A stretch of DNA of 64,000 bases from Hemiscyllium ocellatum (Eukaryota), in contig NC_083409.1 of the NCBI RefSeq assembly GCF_020745735.1, positions 16,800,303-16,864,302 of the forward strand. Direction: 5' to 3'. The position numbers and the translations under genes are program-made. The notes below the pieces were generated by a model. The model searched no databases. It saw nothing but the letters and a program-made list of their open reading frames with translations, and was not told where the DNA came from. This document shows positions 62,119 through 64,000 of this stretch, one piece after another. Position 1 is the stretch's first letter, and each line of letters opens with the position of its first letter.

Positions 62119-62519
62119 GATCCCCACCCCTGAGCCACCACTAAGCCACCAATGCCACCTGAAAATTCACCTAAACACACTTTTGCCAGTCTGGTCACTA
62201 TATTCAGAAATTAAAGACCCCCCCCCCCCCATTTATAAGGGCTCTATCATATTTGCAGGTCTCTGTAAATTCCTTGCATTTGTATTCCTCCACATCCTTC
62301 CCACTGGGTGGTGTCTTATTGACTGCTGTGAGGATTCTGTGGTCCTTGGTGTTCCTCTCTGATATTTGCCCCTGGCTCCCACAGCCCTGCCAAGTTAGTT
62401 TAAACCCTCTCTAACAGTAGTAAACCACCTCACAAAAATCTAAAGCCCTCCCTCATGGATCCTCTTTCCAGCCCAGCAGTCACCTGTGTTCACCTCCTGA
62501 TTCTATTCTCACTTGTGTG

Positions 62520-62609
62520 GGGTGCTGCAAATGTGTTGCTGGAAAAGCGCAGCAGGTCAGGCAGCATCCAAGGAGCAGGAGAGTCGACGTTTCGGGCCTG
62601 AGCCCTTCT
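62520..62609 (-). mobile_element. 90-bp single-arm PLE-end insertion truncated in the hammerhead core
   Basis: 11-bp TSD TCACTTG[T/C]GTG at 62509-62519 and 62610-62620; absent at the paralogous site near 22165. Confidence 0.8.
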
Positions 62610-64000
62610 TCACTTGCGTGGGGCACTGGGAGTAATCTGGAGATTCCTACTTTTGAGTTCCTGCTACTAATTAGCAGCAGGAACTCAAAAGTAGGAAGCT
62701 CCCAGATTACTTAAAAGTCGGAAGCTCCAAAACCTCTGACTGCAGGACTACATCCCTTTTCTCCCTCTGTCACTGGGACCGATGTGGACCACGAACTGCT
62801 GCCTGTTCCCCCTCTCCCCTCAGGGTGGTCTGCAGCCGCTCAGTGCTATCCTTGACGCTGGCACCAGGGAGACAACACACCATCCTGGATTCCCATCTGC
62901 AGCTGCAGAAACACCTATCGACTGCCTTCACTCTCCAATCTCCTCTCACTATCACTCTTCCAGTTTTCCTTGTGCCCCCCTGTACAGCTGGGTCCCCCCG
63001 TGGTGCCAGGGACTTCGCCCTGGCTACACTCCCCAGATGAACCATCATTCGCATCAGGATTCTGAACTGAATCCTGGTTGGAGAGTAGGATGTCTGGGGA
63101 TTCCTGTACTAGCTGCCTGGTCCTTTTGGACTGTCTGCTGTTCCCCATTCCCTCTCTCCCTGCATACTCTGAAGCTGCGGAGTGGCCACATCTAGAAACG
63201 TGCTCTCCACGGAGCTCTCAGCCTCACGGACACTCCGCACTGACACCAGCTGCTGCTCAAGCTCCAAAACCGGAGCTCCAACTGCTGTCACTGACCACAC
63301 TTCCTGTACTCATGGTATTCCAGGAGCTGGGAAACATTCTGAAGTTCCCACATGGATGCACACTCTCTCCACTCTTGGATAATCTCTTTGCAAAGTTCTG
63401 ATGACAAACAGCTACTACAGCAGGGCTCAGAGTCCAGTGTTCAGTGGGTTCAGTGTTCCAGGGTTTTGGAGAAACTCTCCAAAAGACTTTAAGAAATAGG
63501 AGCAGAAATCAGCCATTCAGCCCATTGAATCTGCTCTGCCATTTGACCTTGGCAGATATGCTTCTCACCCCCATTCGTCTTCCTACTCCACAAGAATGTT
63601 CGATCCCCTTCACAATCACGAACCTACCTATCTCTGTCTTAAATACACTCAGTGACTTGGCCTCCCTGCCCTCTGTAACAATGAGTTCCACAGATTCACC
63701 ACCCTCTGGCTGAAGAAATCCCTCCTCATCTCAGGTCTAATGGGTCGGCCCTTCATTCTGAGGCTGTGCCTTGGTTAGCGAGTCTCTCCTGTTTTCGGAA
63801 ACATCTTCTCCACATCCACTCTATCCAGGCCTATCTGTATTCTGTAAATTTCAATAAGATCCCGCCTCGTCCTTCTAAACTCCATTGAGTACAGACCCAG
63901 AGTCCTTAACCATGCCTCATATGACAAGCCCTCCATCCCCAGGATCATTCTTGTAAACCCCTCCAATGCCAGCACATTGTTTCTTACAATATGGGTCCTA

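Larger units (their letters stand above)
55900..64000. repeat. Right arm of large inverted segmental duplication (continues past the window end)
   Basis: Reverse-complement homology to 29115-20822. Confidence 0.93.
59380..64000 (-). mobile_element. CR1 copies in the J-C intron of the plus cluster, paralogous to 20822-25800
   Basis: Mirror of the left-arm CR1s, including the ORF1 CCLPGASVKD motif. Confidence 0.85.

Noticed and set aside
20822-64000. Inverted duplication as an assembly artefact
   Set aside because: The arms differ by many substitutions, by arm-specific insertions with TSDs and by VJ joining state.

Overview
Repeat-rich cartilaginous-fish (shark) genomic DNA. The taxon is inferred from HE1-type SINEs, CR1 LINEs and the Ig sequences. 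The window holds two immunoglobulin kappa-type (type III/NS4-like) light-chain clusters arranged head-to-head as a diverged inverted duplication. The minus-strand cluster is a complete in-frame gene (leader 26833-26785, VJ exon 26598-26269, C exon 14729-14401; 235 aa) whose V and J are already fused, with no RSS left. The plus-strand cluster is unrearranged: leader 57855-57903, V 58090-58385, 12-RSS, 23-RSS, J 58897-58930, and a C exon predicted beyond the window end. Its V heptamer is mutated (TACAGTG) and its J splice donor is GC rather than GT. Also present: an orphan C-gene 3' UTR at 2.4-3.0 kb, a candidate lymphoid enhancer (EICE, RUNX, MYB, E-box) upstream of both V genes, and a strong CTCF motif downstream of C. 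There are many decayed CR1, L2 and Penelope-like elements, plus about a dozen short Penelope-derived hammerhead-ribozyme insertions, many palindromic. Several of these have target-site duplications and are present in one arm of the duplication but absent from the other. All identities and alignments are hand comparisons; no searches or folding programs were run. Repeat boundaries are approximate.
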